This document shows positions 1 to 9,523 of a stretch of 64,000 bases of DNA, in pieces (the stretch's first letter is position 1; each line of letters opens with the position of its first letter). Made by a program: the position numbers and the translations under genes. The stretch is from Spirochaetia bacterium (GTDB lineage Bacteria > Spirochaetota > Spirochaetia > DSM-2461): assembly GCA_963666985.2 (NCBI GenBank), contig CAXXIA010000002.1, forward strand, positions 2,976,001 to 3,040,000, written 5' to 3'. The notes under the pieces were generated by a model. That model did not search any database. It had not been told where the DNA came from and saw nothing but the letters and a program-made list of their open reading frames with translations.

Positions 1-1617
1 CCCGACGCTTATGCCGTGGTGAATCCGAAAATTCCCGGAGATTATCCTTTTGGAGGATTGTGCGCCGCGGCTGTTGTGTCGAAGTTCCAATGGGCCCTTT
101 GTTTGGCGGGAACCGATCTTTGGGGCGAAGAATTCTGTCTTGTTCTTGCCCGCCGGGAAGGCGATTCAATCGTTCTTGAAGCGGCCCGGATGAAAAATCT
201 CATGGAAACCGGCAGAATCCGTGCGGAAAGCGGCACAATAGAGGATAAGGATCGTTTCCTTCGCTTTATCGAAGGGCTGCCCCTGTTTACTTACGGCGCG
301 GGGGAACAGGTGCCGCTGATTTCGGCCTTCTTCGGAGGCGCCGAGGTGCATATCGCGGATATCACCGATCGAATCATCGCCGCCTTTCCGGCGTTTCGCG
401 GCCGTTCTTTGGACGATTTGGAAAAAGGCAGCCGCCTGGCCCGTTATTTCCCCGGAAAAAGCGGGAGTCTTTCCTCCCTGGTGAATCTGCTGATTACCCT
501 CCAATACCGCTCGATTTCCGATGCTTTTAATCCCTGGAGAAGAGGACTGGATTTGGTGGCCGTCGGCACGTTGGCCGATTTGATGCCTCTGGAAGATGAG
601 AACCGCATTCTCGTCAGGCTGGGACTGGATCGGCTGAACGCATCGGACGGCATGCGGGAGAGGAGAGCCGCGATCCGGGAGCTGCTTGTTCGTCAGCGTC
701 TTCATGAGGGACGCATCGGAGCGACGGAACTGGCATGGCAGATATGCCCCCTTATCAATGCTTCGGGCAGGATGGGACGTGCGGATATCGGTGTGGAACT
801 GCTGCTGGAGAAGGATTCGGCGAGAATCGCTTTGCTTGCGGACAGTCTGATGGATCTGAACAAACAGCGGCGATCGCTGGGCGAGAGCGCTTGGGAGCGA
901 ATCCGTCCAAAGGCTTATGCCTCGGCCGAGGAACTCGGAGGGCGCATGGTTCTTGTAACCGATGAACAGGCTCCGCGGGGCATTACCGGTATTTTGGCCA
1001 CGCGTCTTCAAAAAGCACTTGACGCGGCGGCCATCGTTATTTCGGTCCGGGGTGAGGCGTCTTCCGGATCCATCCGCTGTGACGAAGGGATGAACGCTCT
1101 TGATTGGCTGGAAACCATGGCGCCGCTTTTGGACGATTTCGGAGGGCATCCCCGGGCCGGAGGATTTCGGATTAAAGCTGAAAAAATCGAAGATTTGATT
1201 CGGCGGACGAAAACGTGGCTCGAAGATGAATCCCACGCGCCGGCCGAGACCGAAACGCTGACCGTCGATGCCGAGCTGACTCACGGAGAAATCGCCAAGC
1301 TCGGTCCTCAAGGATTGGAAAAGCTTTTGGAAAGCCTGGAACCGTATGGAGAAGGATTCCGCCCGCTGACGTTCCTGACCCGTTCCGTACGGATTCATCA
1401 AGCCGATTTGGTCGGCAAACCCGATAACAATCATTTGAAGCTTTCCGTATCGCTCGGCGAAAATCGCTGGCCGGCGCTGTGGTGGGACGGCGCCGAACGA
1501 TATGGAACCGTCATCAAGAAAGACTCGGACGTCGATTTGGTGTATCGAATCGACCGGGACCGCTGGAGGGGCGCTCACGCCCGCAGACTCACTGTTCTGG
1601 AGGCAACGCCGTGCTGA
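1..1617 (+). CDS. recJ: Single-stranded-DNA-specific exonuclease RecJ (5' part outside window)
   Basis: Frame open from base 1. Motifs VVNPK..YPF..LC, DLVAVGTLADLMPL..ENR, PLINASGR, GGHPRAGG (DHHA1), LEPYGEG and a C-terminal OB-like region. Confidence 0.95.
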   Translation, partial: PDAYAVVNPKIPGDYPFGGLCAAAVVSKFQWALCLAGTDLWGEEFCLVLARREGDSIVLEAARMKNLMETGRIRAESGTIEDKDRFLRFIEGLPLFTYGAGEQVPLISAFFGGAEVHIADITDRIIAAFPAFRGRSLDDLEKGSRLARYFPGKSGSLSSLVNLLITLQYRSISDAFNPWRRGLDLVAVGTLADLMPLEDENRILVRLGLDRLNASDGMRERRAAIRELLVRQRLHEGRIGATELAWQICPLINASGRMGRADIGVELLLEKDSARIALLADSLMDLNKQRRSLGESAWERIRPKAYASAEELGGRMVLVTDEQAPRGITGILATRLQKALDAAAIVISVRGEASSGSIRCDEGMNALDWLETMAPLLDDFGGHPRAGGFRIKAEKIEDLIRRTKTWLEDESHAPAETETLTVDAELTHGEIAKLGPQGLEKLLESLEPYGEGFRPLTFLTRSVRIHQADLVGKPDNNHLKLSVSLGENRWPALWWDGAERYGTVIKKDSDVDLVYRIDRDRWRGAHARRLTVLEATPC

Positions 1618-2546
1618 ATCCCGGGCGATTCCTTTTTATAACTCTTTTAACGGTGTTCGCATCCGCTCTTGCGGCCGGTTCGGAGCCGGTGCTTTATTGC
1701 GCGGATTACGCGGAAGCCGGCGATGTTGTGCAGCTGGTCGTCTCCGGAGGAGACTTGGAAGATATCGTTGTTTCCTTAAGGGACTCGTCGGACCGTGCGG
1801 TGAGCCGAACCGAGGGCTTCCTTTGGACCACTCCGACGGGACGAACGGCGTCGGTGGCCCTTCTCGGCGTGCCTGTTTCGGCCGTTTCGGGCCGATATCG
1901 TGTGGTTCTGGACGCAAGGCAGGGCCGGGCGGAATGGCGTTTGGAAAAGACCGTTTCCGTTGTAAGGCCCGAGTTCCGGGAAACCGTCGTTGAGATGGAC
2001 GGAACCATGGACGCTCTGTATTCCGATGAATCCGAGAGGAAAAAAGCGGAGGCGAGGATTCTTTGGTCGGTTTTAACTTCATTCGACGGCAGAGCTTTGT
2101 TTCATATGGGGCCGTTAATCCGGCCGCTGGACGAGGCCGTCAGAACGGCGGGCTTCGGCGATCGCCGCCGGTATCGATCTCCCGAGGGGGCGGAAACGGC
2201 CGCGATTCATTTCGGCGAGGATTACGGTGCCGAGAAAGGTACGCCGGTTCGCGCGAGCGGCAGCGGCCGGGTGATGATGGCGAGCGAACGTCTGATGACG
2301 GGCAACACGGTTGTTTTGGAGCATCTGCCGGGTGTGTATACGCTGTATTATCATTTGGATTCCATAGAAGTACGGGAAGGGGAGAAAACGGATCAGGGGG
2401 ATATTATCGGCCGGGTTGGGGAAACCGGTTTCGCCACCGGGAATCATCTGCACTGGGAACTTCGTGTCGGGGCCGTCCCCGTGAATCCTCTGCATTTTCT
2501 CAGTCGTCCTCTTCTTGACACATCCATGATCATGAGTAATATGTAG
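1611..2546 (+). CDS. M23 family metallopeptidase (exported)
   Basis: GTG at 1611 after GGAGG, overlapping the recJ stop. Signal peptide; HFGEDY (HxxxD), YYHL and GFATGNHLHWE (HxH) motifs. Confidence 0.9.
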   Translation: MLNPGRFLFITLLTVFASALAAGSEPVLYCADYAEAGDVVQLVVSGGDLEDIVVSLRDSSDRAVSRTEGFLWTTPTGRTASVALLGVPVSAVSGRYRVVLDARQGRAEWRLEKTVSVVRPEFRETVVEMDGTMDALYSDESERKKAEARILWSVLTSFDGRALFHMGPLIRPLDEAVRTAGFGDRRRYRSPEGAETAAIHFGEDYGAEKGTPVRASGSGRVMMASERLMTGNTVVLEHLPGVYTLYYHLDSIEVREGEKTDQGDIIGRVGETGFATGNHLHWELRVGAVPVNPLHFLSRPLLDTSMIMSNM

Positions 2547-2605
2547 TGGCATTTTACGCCGTTGATTTCGGCGGGATTTACAGGTGCAAAGGGAGGTGAT
2601 TTCAC

Positions 2606-2815
2606 ATCGCCTACATTCGAATTAACGACGAAGAGCCTCTTGAAAAGGCCATTAAGCGCTTCAAGCGCATGGTTGAGAAAGAAGGCATTATCCGGGAATA
2701 TAAGCGGCGGGAGTATTTCGAGAAGCCTTCCACCATCAAAAACCGGAAAAAGAAGGCTTTGGAGCGCAAGCAGATGAAGAAGATCCGCAAGGCTCAGAGT
2801 CAGAACCGGTATTAG
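2606..2815 (+). CDS. rpsU: 30S ribosomal protein bS21 (ATC start codon; absent from the ORF track)
   Basis: Manual translation: (M)[68 protein letters not shown]. Has the S21 signatures A.KRFKR and [19 protein letters not shown] at 2592-2600. Confidence 0.95.
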   Translation: MAYIRINDEEPLEKAIKRFKRMVEKEGIIREYKRREYFEKPSTIKNRKKKALERKQMKKIRKAQSQNRY

Positions 2816-2855
2816 TCCGGCTTAGTTTGATTGATTACCGTTCTCGGTAAAGATG

Positions 2856-2882
2856 AACCCGACTTCAGGTCGGGTTTTCTTA
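2856..2882 (+). terminator. Rho-independent terminator after rpsU
   Basis: Hairpin AACCCGAC-TTCAG-GTCGGGTT followed by TTCTT. Confidence 0.75.
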
Positions 2883-2911
2883 TGCCCTCCGAACGGGTAT
2901 ATTGGCTCATT

Positions 2912-3337
2912 ATGCCTCTTTATGTTCTGATCGCCGCCGTCGGTGCGGCCGTTCTTTTTTTCTTACTGCTGTCGGCTTCGGTGGTTCGTCTCCGGCGGAA
3001 AGCCGGTACGAACCGCGAAATAACGGAGCTTATCGGTCAGGATCAGTACGAATACACAATCATCGACGTCAGAGAACGCGACGACTTTTCCAGATCCCAC
3101 ATGCCGGCCGCGAAAAACATTCCCCACAATACGTTCGACGGAGGTTTGCCGACGGAGAATATGTTCGAGAAGATTTTCGTGTACGGACCCAACGGACGCA
3201 TCGCCCGGCGAATCGCCAGAACACTGGACCGAACGGGATATTTCAACGTAACCTGCTGCGGCGCCTTTCGCGGCTGGAAAGGGCCCGTTGTTTCCGATAT
3301 CGCAATTGAGCCCGACTCCGAAGGATCATCATCATGA
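2912..3337 (+). CDS. Membrane-anchored rhodanese-like domain protein
   Basis: N-terminal TM helix and IIDVRE..F..SHMPAAKNIP rhodanese motif. Start placed at ATG 2912, downstream of the rpsU terminator. Confidence 0.8.
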   Translation: MPLYVLIAAVGAAVLFFLLLSASVVRLRRKAGTNREITELIGQDQYEYTIIDVRERDDFSRSHMPAAKNIPHNTFDGGLPTENMFEKIFVYGPNGRIARRIARTLDRTGYFNVTCCGAFRGWKGPVVSDIAIEPDSEGSSS

Positions 3338-6267
3338 AAACGAATTTCGATAACCGGGGATTCGAGACACTCTCGGCCGATCCCCTGGATGAATACAGGG
3401 CCGAAGGTCTCTTTCTTCGGCATAAGCGCACCGGCGCCGAAATCTACAGCGTTCACGCCGACGACGAGGAGAACCTCGTTTCTTATGCCTTTCGTACTCC
3501 GCCTTACGACCATACGGGAGTGCCTCATATTTTGGAGCATACGGTTCTCTGCGGCTCCGAGCGGTATCCGCTGAAAGATCCTTTCCTGGTTATGCTGAAA
3601 GGGAGCGCCCATACCTTCCTGAACGCCATGACTTACCCGGACAAGACCGTTTATCCGGCGGCCAGTACCGTCAAAGCCGATTTCTTGAATCTGCTTCGCG
3701 TTTACGGCGACGCCGTGTTCTTTCCCCTGCTGAAGAGAGAAGCTTTTGAACAGGAAGGACACAGGCTTGAGTTTGAAGAGAACGGAGATTTGGTGCGGGC
3801 CGGCGTTGTTCTGAACGAAATGAAAGGAAGTTATTCCTCGGTGGAGTCCGTCGCGGGAGACTGGACTCTTCGATCGCTGTTTCCCGATTCCCCGTACGGC
3901 TGGGACTCCGGCGGAGATCCGGAGCATATTCCGTCCCTCACCTATGAAGCCTTCCGGGCCTTTCATGCCGAATGGTACCATCCGTCCAACTCCCGAATCT
4001 TCCTCTACGGCAATCACGATTTGGATGAGGTTCTTTCCATACTCGACGGAGAATTTTTAAGCCGTTTCGATTACCGCGACATCAAATCGGAAATACCGCT
4101 GCAGCCGCGCTGGAATGAACCTCGGTGCATGGAAACGTTTTGGCCTTCTTCGCCCGAAGATTCCGCGGATCGAAAAACAACGATCAGCGTAAACTGGCTT
4201 TTGGGAGAATCGACCGATCCTCTTTCGGTTCTCTCCAGTCAGGTGCTTTCTTTCATTCTTCTGGGACACGGCGGGGCTCCTCTGCAGAAGGCCATTGTCG
4301 ACAGCGGTCTCGGAGAGGATGTTTCGCCCGTGAGCGGGCTTGAGACCGAATTACGGCAGATGGTTTTTTCCGCCGCCCTCCGGGGAACCGATGCCGATTC
4401 AAGGAAGGCTTTCGAGGAGCTGGTAACCGCAACTTTGGAAAAAGCGGTGTCCGGACTGGATGCCGATCTTATTGAAGGCGCTTTGCGGACCGTGGAATTC
4501 CGTGCTCGGGAAATCCGCGGGGGATCTCCCTTCGGAATGCGTCTGATGAAGCGGGCGCTCAGGGGATGGCTTCACGGCCGTCCGCCTTTGGAGAGTCTGG
4601 CATTCAAGGAACCTATGGCCGAACTGCGCCGACGGGCGGTTCCGGGATATTTCGAGAATATCATCCGGCGGGATCTCTTGGAAAATCCTCACAGGTCCAC
4701 GGTCGCGGTGCTGCCCGATCCGACACTGCAATCCCGACGCGACGCAGAGGAAAAAAAGAGTCTCAGCGAACTCCGCGCGGCTTTCTCTCCGGCGGATTTT
4801 GAACGGCTTGAATCCTCTCTGGAGGCACTTGATGAGTTTCAGGAAGTGCCTGACTCCGGTGAAGATTTGGCGCGCATTCCCTTTCTTTCCCGTGAGGATT
4901 TGCCGAGAAACGTGCGGATACTGCCTTTGACCGAAGGTGTCCGAGAAAATCTTCGCTGGTTTCGGCACGATACCTACGCCAACGGTGTGGGCTATTTGGA
5001 AACGGCCTTTAATTTGGAAGGCCTTGCTCCGCAGCTTCAGGTCTGGATGCCGCTTTTCGGCAGAGCCCTTACCGATGTCGGTCTTCCGGGCCGGGGCTTC
5101 GACGATGTGGCCCGGGATTTGGCGATGAAGACCGGAGGGCTGGGCTGTTCTTTGGAAGCTTCTCCGATTCATCCCGATGCCGGAGGCGGCATCAAACTGT
5201 CGCTGTTTGTGCATCTGAAAGCTCTTTCTTCGCAATGGGATGAAGCTCTGGGGATAACTTCCGCGCTGCTTAATTCGGCGGATTTTACGGATGAGGATCG
5301 CATTTGGGATTTGTTGGTTGAACTGCGCAACGATTTCCGTTCCGCTGTTGTTCCCTCAGGACATTCTTTCGCCGCATTAAGGGCTTCAACAAGGCATTCG
5401 CCGACGGCACCGTGGGAAGATCTTTGGTACGGCATCGATCAGCTGAGGTTTCTGCAAAACGCCGTCGACGGCGGAAAAAAAGGCGCTGCGGCCGCTTGCC
5501 GGGCGCTTGAAGGCATCCGGGACGCGGTGATTCGGCGGGGGAATCTTACCCTGGCGGTTACCGGTGATCCGCAGGAGTCCTCGGAACTGCTGGAGAAAGC
5601 TCTTGCCGCGGCGGAGTCGCTTCCCGGCGGCGTCTGCGAACCGGCCGATGCGCCCCGGCTTTTTAGGCATGAAACACGGGGAGAGTCCCTGACCGTACCG
5701 TCGGCGGTTTCTTTTTCGGCCGTGAGTTTGCCGGCGCCCATTCTGGGCAGTCCCGAGCATGCACGGGCCGGATTGCTGGCGCATATTCTTAAAACGGGAT
5801 ATCTCTGGGAGCATATCCGCATGAAGGGCGGCGCATACGGTGCCTCCGCGTCGGTGTCCAGTCTGGAAGGGAATTTCGTTTTTACGACATATCGGGATCC
5901 GTCCATCGCACCGAGTCTGGAAACATTTCGTGAAGCCCTGAAATGGGCCGCTGAAGAGCTGGATGATGAAACGGTTTCCATGGCGATCATCGGTTCTGTG
6001 GGGAAGGAACTGCGCCCTCTGGGACCCGGCGAGAGCGGGGCGGTTGCCTTTAAGAGAAAACTGTACGGAATCGATGATGAAATCAGACAAAGGCGGCGGG
6101 ATGTTCAGCTTGCCGCTTCCGCGGATGATTTACGCGGCGAGGCAAAGGCTCTTCTGGAGGGCTGGGAGAAACGGTCGGTGACCGTCGTGGCCGGCGGTGA
6201 TGCCCTGGACGAAGCCGCTGCGGCCTGCCCGGAGCTCGCCGAATCACGGATCGTACTTCCTTCATGA
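3334..6267 (+). CDS. Insulinase/M16C family Zn metalloprotease (presequence protease PreP-like)
   Basis: HILEH inverted zinc motif, FLNAMTYPDKT, GVVLNEMKG, IRMKGGAYG, YRDP. Confidence 0.95.
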   Translation: MKTNFDNRGFETLSADPLDEYRAEGLFLRHKRTGAEIYSVHADDEENLVSYAFRTPPYDHTGVPHILEHTVLCGSERYPLKDPFLVMLKGSAHTFLNAMTYPDKTVYPAASTVKADFLNLLRVYGDAVFFPLLKREAFEQEGHRLEFEENGDLVRAGVVLNEMKGSYSSVESVAGDWTLRSLFPDSPYGWDSGGDPEHIPSLTYEAFRAFHAEWYHPSNSRIFLYGNHDLDEVLSILDGEFLSRFDYRDIKSEIPLQPRWNEPRCMETFWPSSPEDSADRKTTISVNWLLGESTDPLSVLSSQVLSFILLGHGGAPLQKAIVDSGLGEDVSPVSGLETELRQMVFSAALRGTDADSRKAFEELVTATLEKAVSGLDADLIEGALRTVEFRAREIRGGSPFGMRLMKRALRGWLHGRPPLESLAFKEPMAELRRRAVPGYFENIIRRDLLENPHRSTVAVLPDPTLQSRRDAEEKKSLSELRAAFSPADFERLESSLEALDEFQEVPDSGEDLARIPFLSREDLPRNVRILPLTEGVRENLRWFRHDTYANGVGYLETAFNLEGLAPQLQVWMPLFGRALTDVGLPGRGFDDVARDLAMKTGGLGCSLEASPIHPDAGGGIKLSLFVHLKALSSQWDEALGITSALLNSADFTDEDRIWDLLVELRNDFRSAVVPSGHSFAALRASTRHSPTAPWEDLWYGIDQLRFLQNAVDGGKKGAAAACRALEGIRDAVIRRGNLTLAVTGDPQESSELLEKALAAAESLPGGVCEPADAPRLFRHETRGESLTVPSAVSFSAVSLPAPILGSPEHARAGLLAHILKTGYLWEHIRMKGGAYGASASVSSLEGNFVFTTYRDPSIAPSLETFREALKWAAEELDDETVSMAIIGSVGKELRPLGPGESGAVAFKRKLYGIDDEIRQRRRDVQLAASADDLRGEAKALLEGWEKRSVTVVAGGDALDEAAAACPELAESRIVLPS

Positions 6268-6277
6268 AGGTATTCGA

Positions 6278-6931
6278 ATGAAAATTCTATGCCCCGGATG
6301 CTTTGAGCGGATTCCGGAAGATGACCTCAACATCGGCAAGGATTTGGCCTATTGCCGTAAATGTGACGAAGCCTTTTCGGTTTCGGAGCTTTTGAGAACA
6401 ACATCCAAGCAGGATGACGACGAACTGCTCACGCCTCCGAAAGGGGCATGGTTTCAGGAAACGGTGTATGGATTTACCGTCGGTGCCACAACACGGTCTC
6501 CTGTTGCCTTTTTTATGGTTCCTTTCATGCTGGTTTGGTCCGGAGGATCTTTGGGAGGAATCTACGGAACACAAATCGCTTCCGGTGAGTTCAATCCGCT
6601 TCTTTCTTTATTCGGGATTCCTTTTTTGCTCGGTTCGATCCTCTTTTGGTCTCTTACACTGCTCTATATCTGGGGAAAAGTGGAAGTTGTAGTCGGCAGT
6701 GAGAGTTATGTCTTCGTAGGCGTTGGAACTATCGGATGGAAGCGGCGATTTGATTGGGATGAAATTGAATCAATTCGAGAATCATCGGCTTCCGGTTTTT
6801 CTTCAAATCGCTACAGCGCGATTTATTTGGAAGGCCAAACGCGCATCAAGTTCGGACAGTATTTATCAAATGAATCCCGCAAGTTTTTCTTGATTGATAC
6901 ACTTCGGAAAAAGCTGAATTCCCGGCGCTAA
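6278..6931 (+). CDS. Zinc-ribbon membrane protein (CxxC...CxxC, 2 TM, C-terminal soluble domain)
   Basis: CPGC...CRKC at the N-terminus and two hydrophobic helices. Start placed at ATG 6278, after the upstream stop. Confidence 0.65.
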   Translation: MKILCPGCFERIPEDDLNIGKDLAYCRKCDEAFSVSELLRTTSKQDDDELLTPPKGAWFQETVYGFTVGATTRSPVAFFMVPFMLVWSGGSLGGIYGTQIASGEFNPLLSLFGIPFLLGSILFWSLTLLYIWGKVEVVVGSESYVFVGVGTIGWKRRFDWDEIESIRESSASGFSSNRYSAIYLEGQTRIKFGQYLSNESRKFFLIDTLRKKLNSRR

Positions 6932-6990
6932 TAAGGTCGGGAGATTTTTCGACTGTTTTCGCTTCTGAAAATTCATCATATTCTTTACTC

Positions 6991-9438
6991 ATGGCGGAAT
7001 TACTGGCACCGGGCGGCGGTTTCGAGGCGGCCGTGCGGGCTTTTGAGAACGGCGCCGATGCGGTGTATCTGGGATTGAGTGAATTCTCCGCGAGAAAAAG
7101 CGCGGTCAATTTTTCCATGGACGATCTTCGCCGTCTTCGCCGTTTTCAACCCGATAAAAAGCTTTATTTGGCTTTGAACACTTTGGTTCCCGATAAAGAT
7201 CTCTCTGGGGCCGGCGCGATCCTTCTGGATGCCCGGGATGCCGGAATTGATGCGGTGATTGTTCAGGACGCAGGGATTGCGAATTTGGTTCGGCGCCTTA
7301 CCCCGGAGCTTGCTCTTCACGCGTCCACGCAAATGGCCGTGCATAACGTTGAGGGGGCCCGGGAAGTCTTGGACGAGGGATTCACGCGCGCCGTTTTAGC
7401 GCGGGAATGTACATTGAAGGAAATCCGGGAGATACGGCGCGCCGTTCCGGAATTGGAACTGGAAGTGTTCGTTCACGGCGCGCTTTGTTTCGGTTTCTCC
7501 GGATTATGCCAGGCTTCGCAGTTTCTTCTCGGCCGTTCGGCCAATCGGGGAGAATGCGGACAGATCTGCCGCACTTGGTTTGAATCGGAAGGCCGAGCCG
7601 TGTATCCGTTCTCTCAAAACGATTTGGCGCTGGGAGGCCGGGTGAGGGATTTAGCCTCGGCCGGAGTTGCTTCCTTAAAAATCGAAGGGAGGATGAAGGG
7701 GCCGCAATATACGGCTTCGGTTTGCCGCTGGTACCGGATTCTTTTGGACGGCGATGATGATTCTGCCGGCGGAACCGATGCCGGCGGTCTCGGCGTGGGT
7801 ACGACGGGCGGTGAGAACGTTTTTAAGAAGCGCGGCGGTAAAAAAAACGGTACGGATACCGGCTGCGGCGCCGGATGTCCCGCCGAAGCCGGAGGGGATT
7901 ATCGCGAACCGGCCGAAGAGGCGGCGCTGAGTTTCTCCAGGAATCAAACGATCGGCCGGCTGGACGGCGGCAAGGGAAAAGACTTGCTGAATCCGGTTTA
8001 CCCCGGGCCGACCGGTTTGTTTGCCGGGAAGGTGCTGCGGCGGGACGGAAAGGGCGTGTTTCTTCGGGCCGGGAGGGATTTGGAGAGACGGGACGGTCTT
8101 CTTTGGTTTACAGCTGGTGCGCCCGGTGCCCCGCCTGAACCGCACAAGGGCGGCCTGATGTTCAGAGACGGGAAAAGATCTTCGGTTAAAAAGGGAGAAT
8201 CCGCCTGGATCGATCTGGTTAATCCTCCAAAAGAGGGTGAGGAAGTCCGCCTTCTTTCCCGGAGCGGGGATCATCCGAAAAAAGTAAATGCCGCTTCTTT
8301 CGGTTTGTATAAAACACCGATCGGCCTTCGGATTTCCCTCCGGGAAAATCGTTTGCATCTGCTGGGGACGTGCTTTGAGTTTTCCCGGGAGATGAGTGAT
8401 TCCGCGCCGGCGGAGGAAGCCCGGGCGCAGGGGCGTTTTATTCCGGCTGTAGAGAAGGCTTTTTCCGGTTCGGGAGAATCGGATTTCGTCTGTTCTCCTG
8501 TGATTGTTGAATCGCTAAAGTCTGCGGAGATGAAAAATGGTGGTGCGGCGGGTGAACCGTTTATACCGCCGGCTCGTTTGAAAAGGATAAGAAGAGAGTT
8601 CCTGAACGATTTTTCTAAGGCCTACGGGAATTGGAAAGAACAGCGGCTGAAAGCGGTGCTTCGGGAAATCGAGGAATGGAGCGGTGGTTCGGATTCTTGC
8701 GCCGCCCCGGCCAAACCGACGCGAACCATGATGATTTCGCCCTCATGGCTGCCTCTCCCTTTTCCGGCCGCCGTATCGGATTCTGATTTACGGGCCTCGG
8801 ATTTACCGGTGATCGGCGGTGTGTCTTTTCTGCCCCTGCCTCCGGTGGAGTTTCGTTCGGGGATTCTTCGGGAGCGGATTGAATCTTTGATTGAAGAGGC
8901 CTTCGGAAATGAGACGCGAAGGCTCTGCATCGGATTGAATAATCCCTCTCATGTTTATCTTGCCCGGCGGTTGGCGGAATGCAGGCCGGATGATATTGGA
9001 AGCGGACGTCTTTCGTTTTTTCTGGATTATGGACTTTATACGGTGAACCGCGCGGCTTGGGAATGGTACCGTCGGCGGGTGCCGGGTTTGATGTTTTTCG
9101 TCGAGTCTCTTGAATCGGAACAAGACGGCTGGGTTAGGCGGTATGCGGAAATCCCCGCGGTCCGGCTCGGTGAGGATTTTCCCATGCCTTTGTTTATTTC
9201 CCGGACTTGTCCGGTCCGTCATGCCGGTCTGAACGGGAATACGAAAATCGGGGAATGTCCCGTTTCGTGTAATGGGAATCGGGATTTTGTTCTCACGCAG
9301 AACGGACGAGAGTATCGAGTTCTCATGCGCAGCTGTTTGTGTTATGTCCTCTCCGGAAGTGTTTTGAGAGAGGAGTCCTTCTACCGTATCCAAAAAAAGG
9401 CGGAGAAAAAGGAAGAAAACATACCCTTCAATTCTTGA
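6991..9438 (+). CDS. U32 family protein (long form, RlhA-like RNA hydroxylation family)
   Basis: ELLAPGG, GADAVYLG, HASTQM, LARE, EVFVHGALC...G.C, NRGECGQICR, SLKIEGRMK. Confidence 0.9.
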   Translation: MAELLAPGGGFEAAVRAFENGADAVYLGLSEFSARKSAVNFSMDDLRRLRRFQPDKKLYLALNTLVPDKDLSGAGAILLDARDAGIDAVIVQDAGIANLVRRLTPELALHASTQMAVHNVEGAREVLDEGFTRAVLARECTLKEIREIRRAVPELELEVFVHGALCFGFSGLCQASQFLLGRSANRGECGQICRTWFESEGRAVYPFSQNDLALGGRVRDLASAGVASLKIEGRMKGPQYTASVCRWYRILLDGDDDSAGGTDAGGLGVGTTGGENVFKKRGGKKNGTDTGCGAGCPAEAGGDYREPAEEAALSFSRNQTIGRLDGGKGKDLLNPVYPGPTGLFAGKVLRRDGKGVFLRAGRDLERRDGLLWFTAGAPGAPPEPHKGGLMFRDGKRSSVKKGESAWIDLVNPPKEGEEVRLLSRSGDHPKKVNAASFGLYKTPIGLRISLRENRLHLLGTCFEFSREMSDSAPAEEARAQGRFIPAVEKAFSGSGESDFVCSPVIVESLKSAEMKNGGAAGEPFIPPARLKRIRREFLNDFSKAYGNWKEQRLKAVLREIEEWSGGSDSCAAPAKPTRTMMISPSWLPLPFPAAVSDSDLRASDLPVIGGVSFLPLPPVEFRSGILRERIESLIEEAFGNETRRLCIGLNNPSHVYLARRLAECRPDDIGSGRLSFFLDYGLYTVNRAAWEWYRRRVPGLMFFVESLESEQDGWVRRYAEIPAVRLGEDFPMPLFISRTCPVRHAGLNGNTKIGECPVSCNGNRDFVLTQNGREYRVLMRSCLCYVLSGSVLREESFYRIQKKAEKKEENIPFNS

Positions 9439-9523
9439 ATTTGAGAGAATAGGATAAAATTCCTGAGATTGGCCTGATGAATCTCCAGAAAACCTTAAGA
9501 CTTGAACAACCGGAAGAAAACGC

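Noticed and set aside
166..1578. Long antisense ORFs (470 aa here; also 17822-19120, 38499-39935, 35283-36239)
   Set aside because: Shadow ORFs opposite well-supported genes, expected in GC-rich DNA, with no recognisable motifs.
2562..2777. 71-aa ORF from the ORF track
   Set aside because: It is an alternative frame overlapping the real rpsU.
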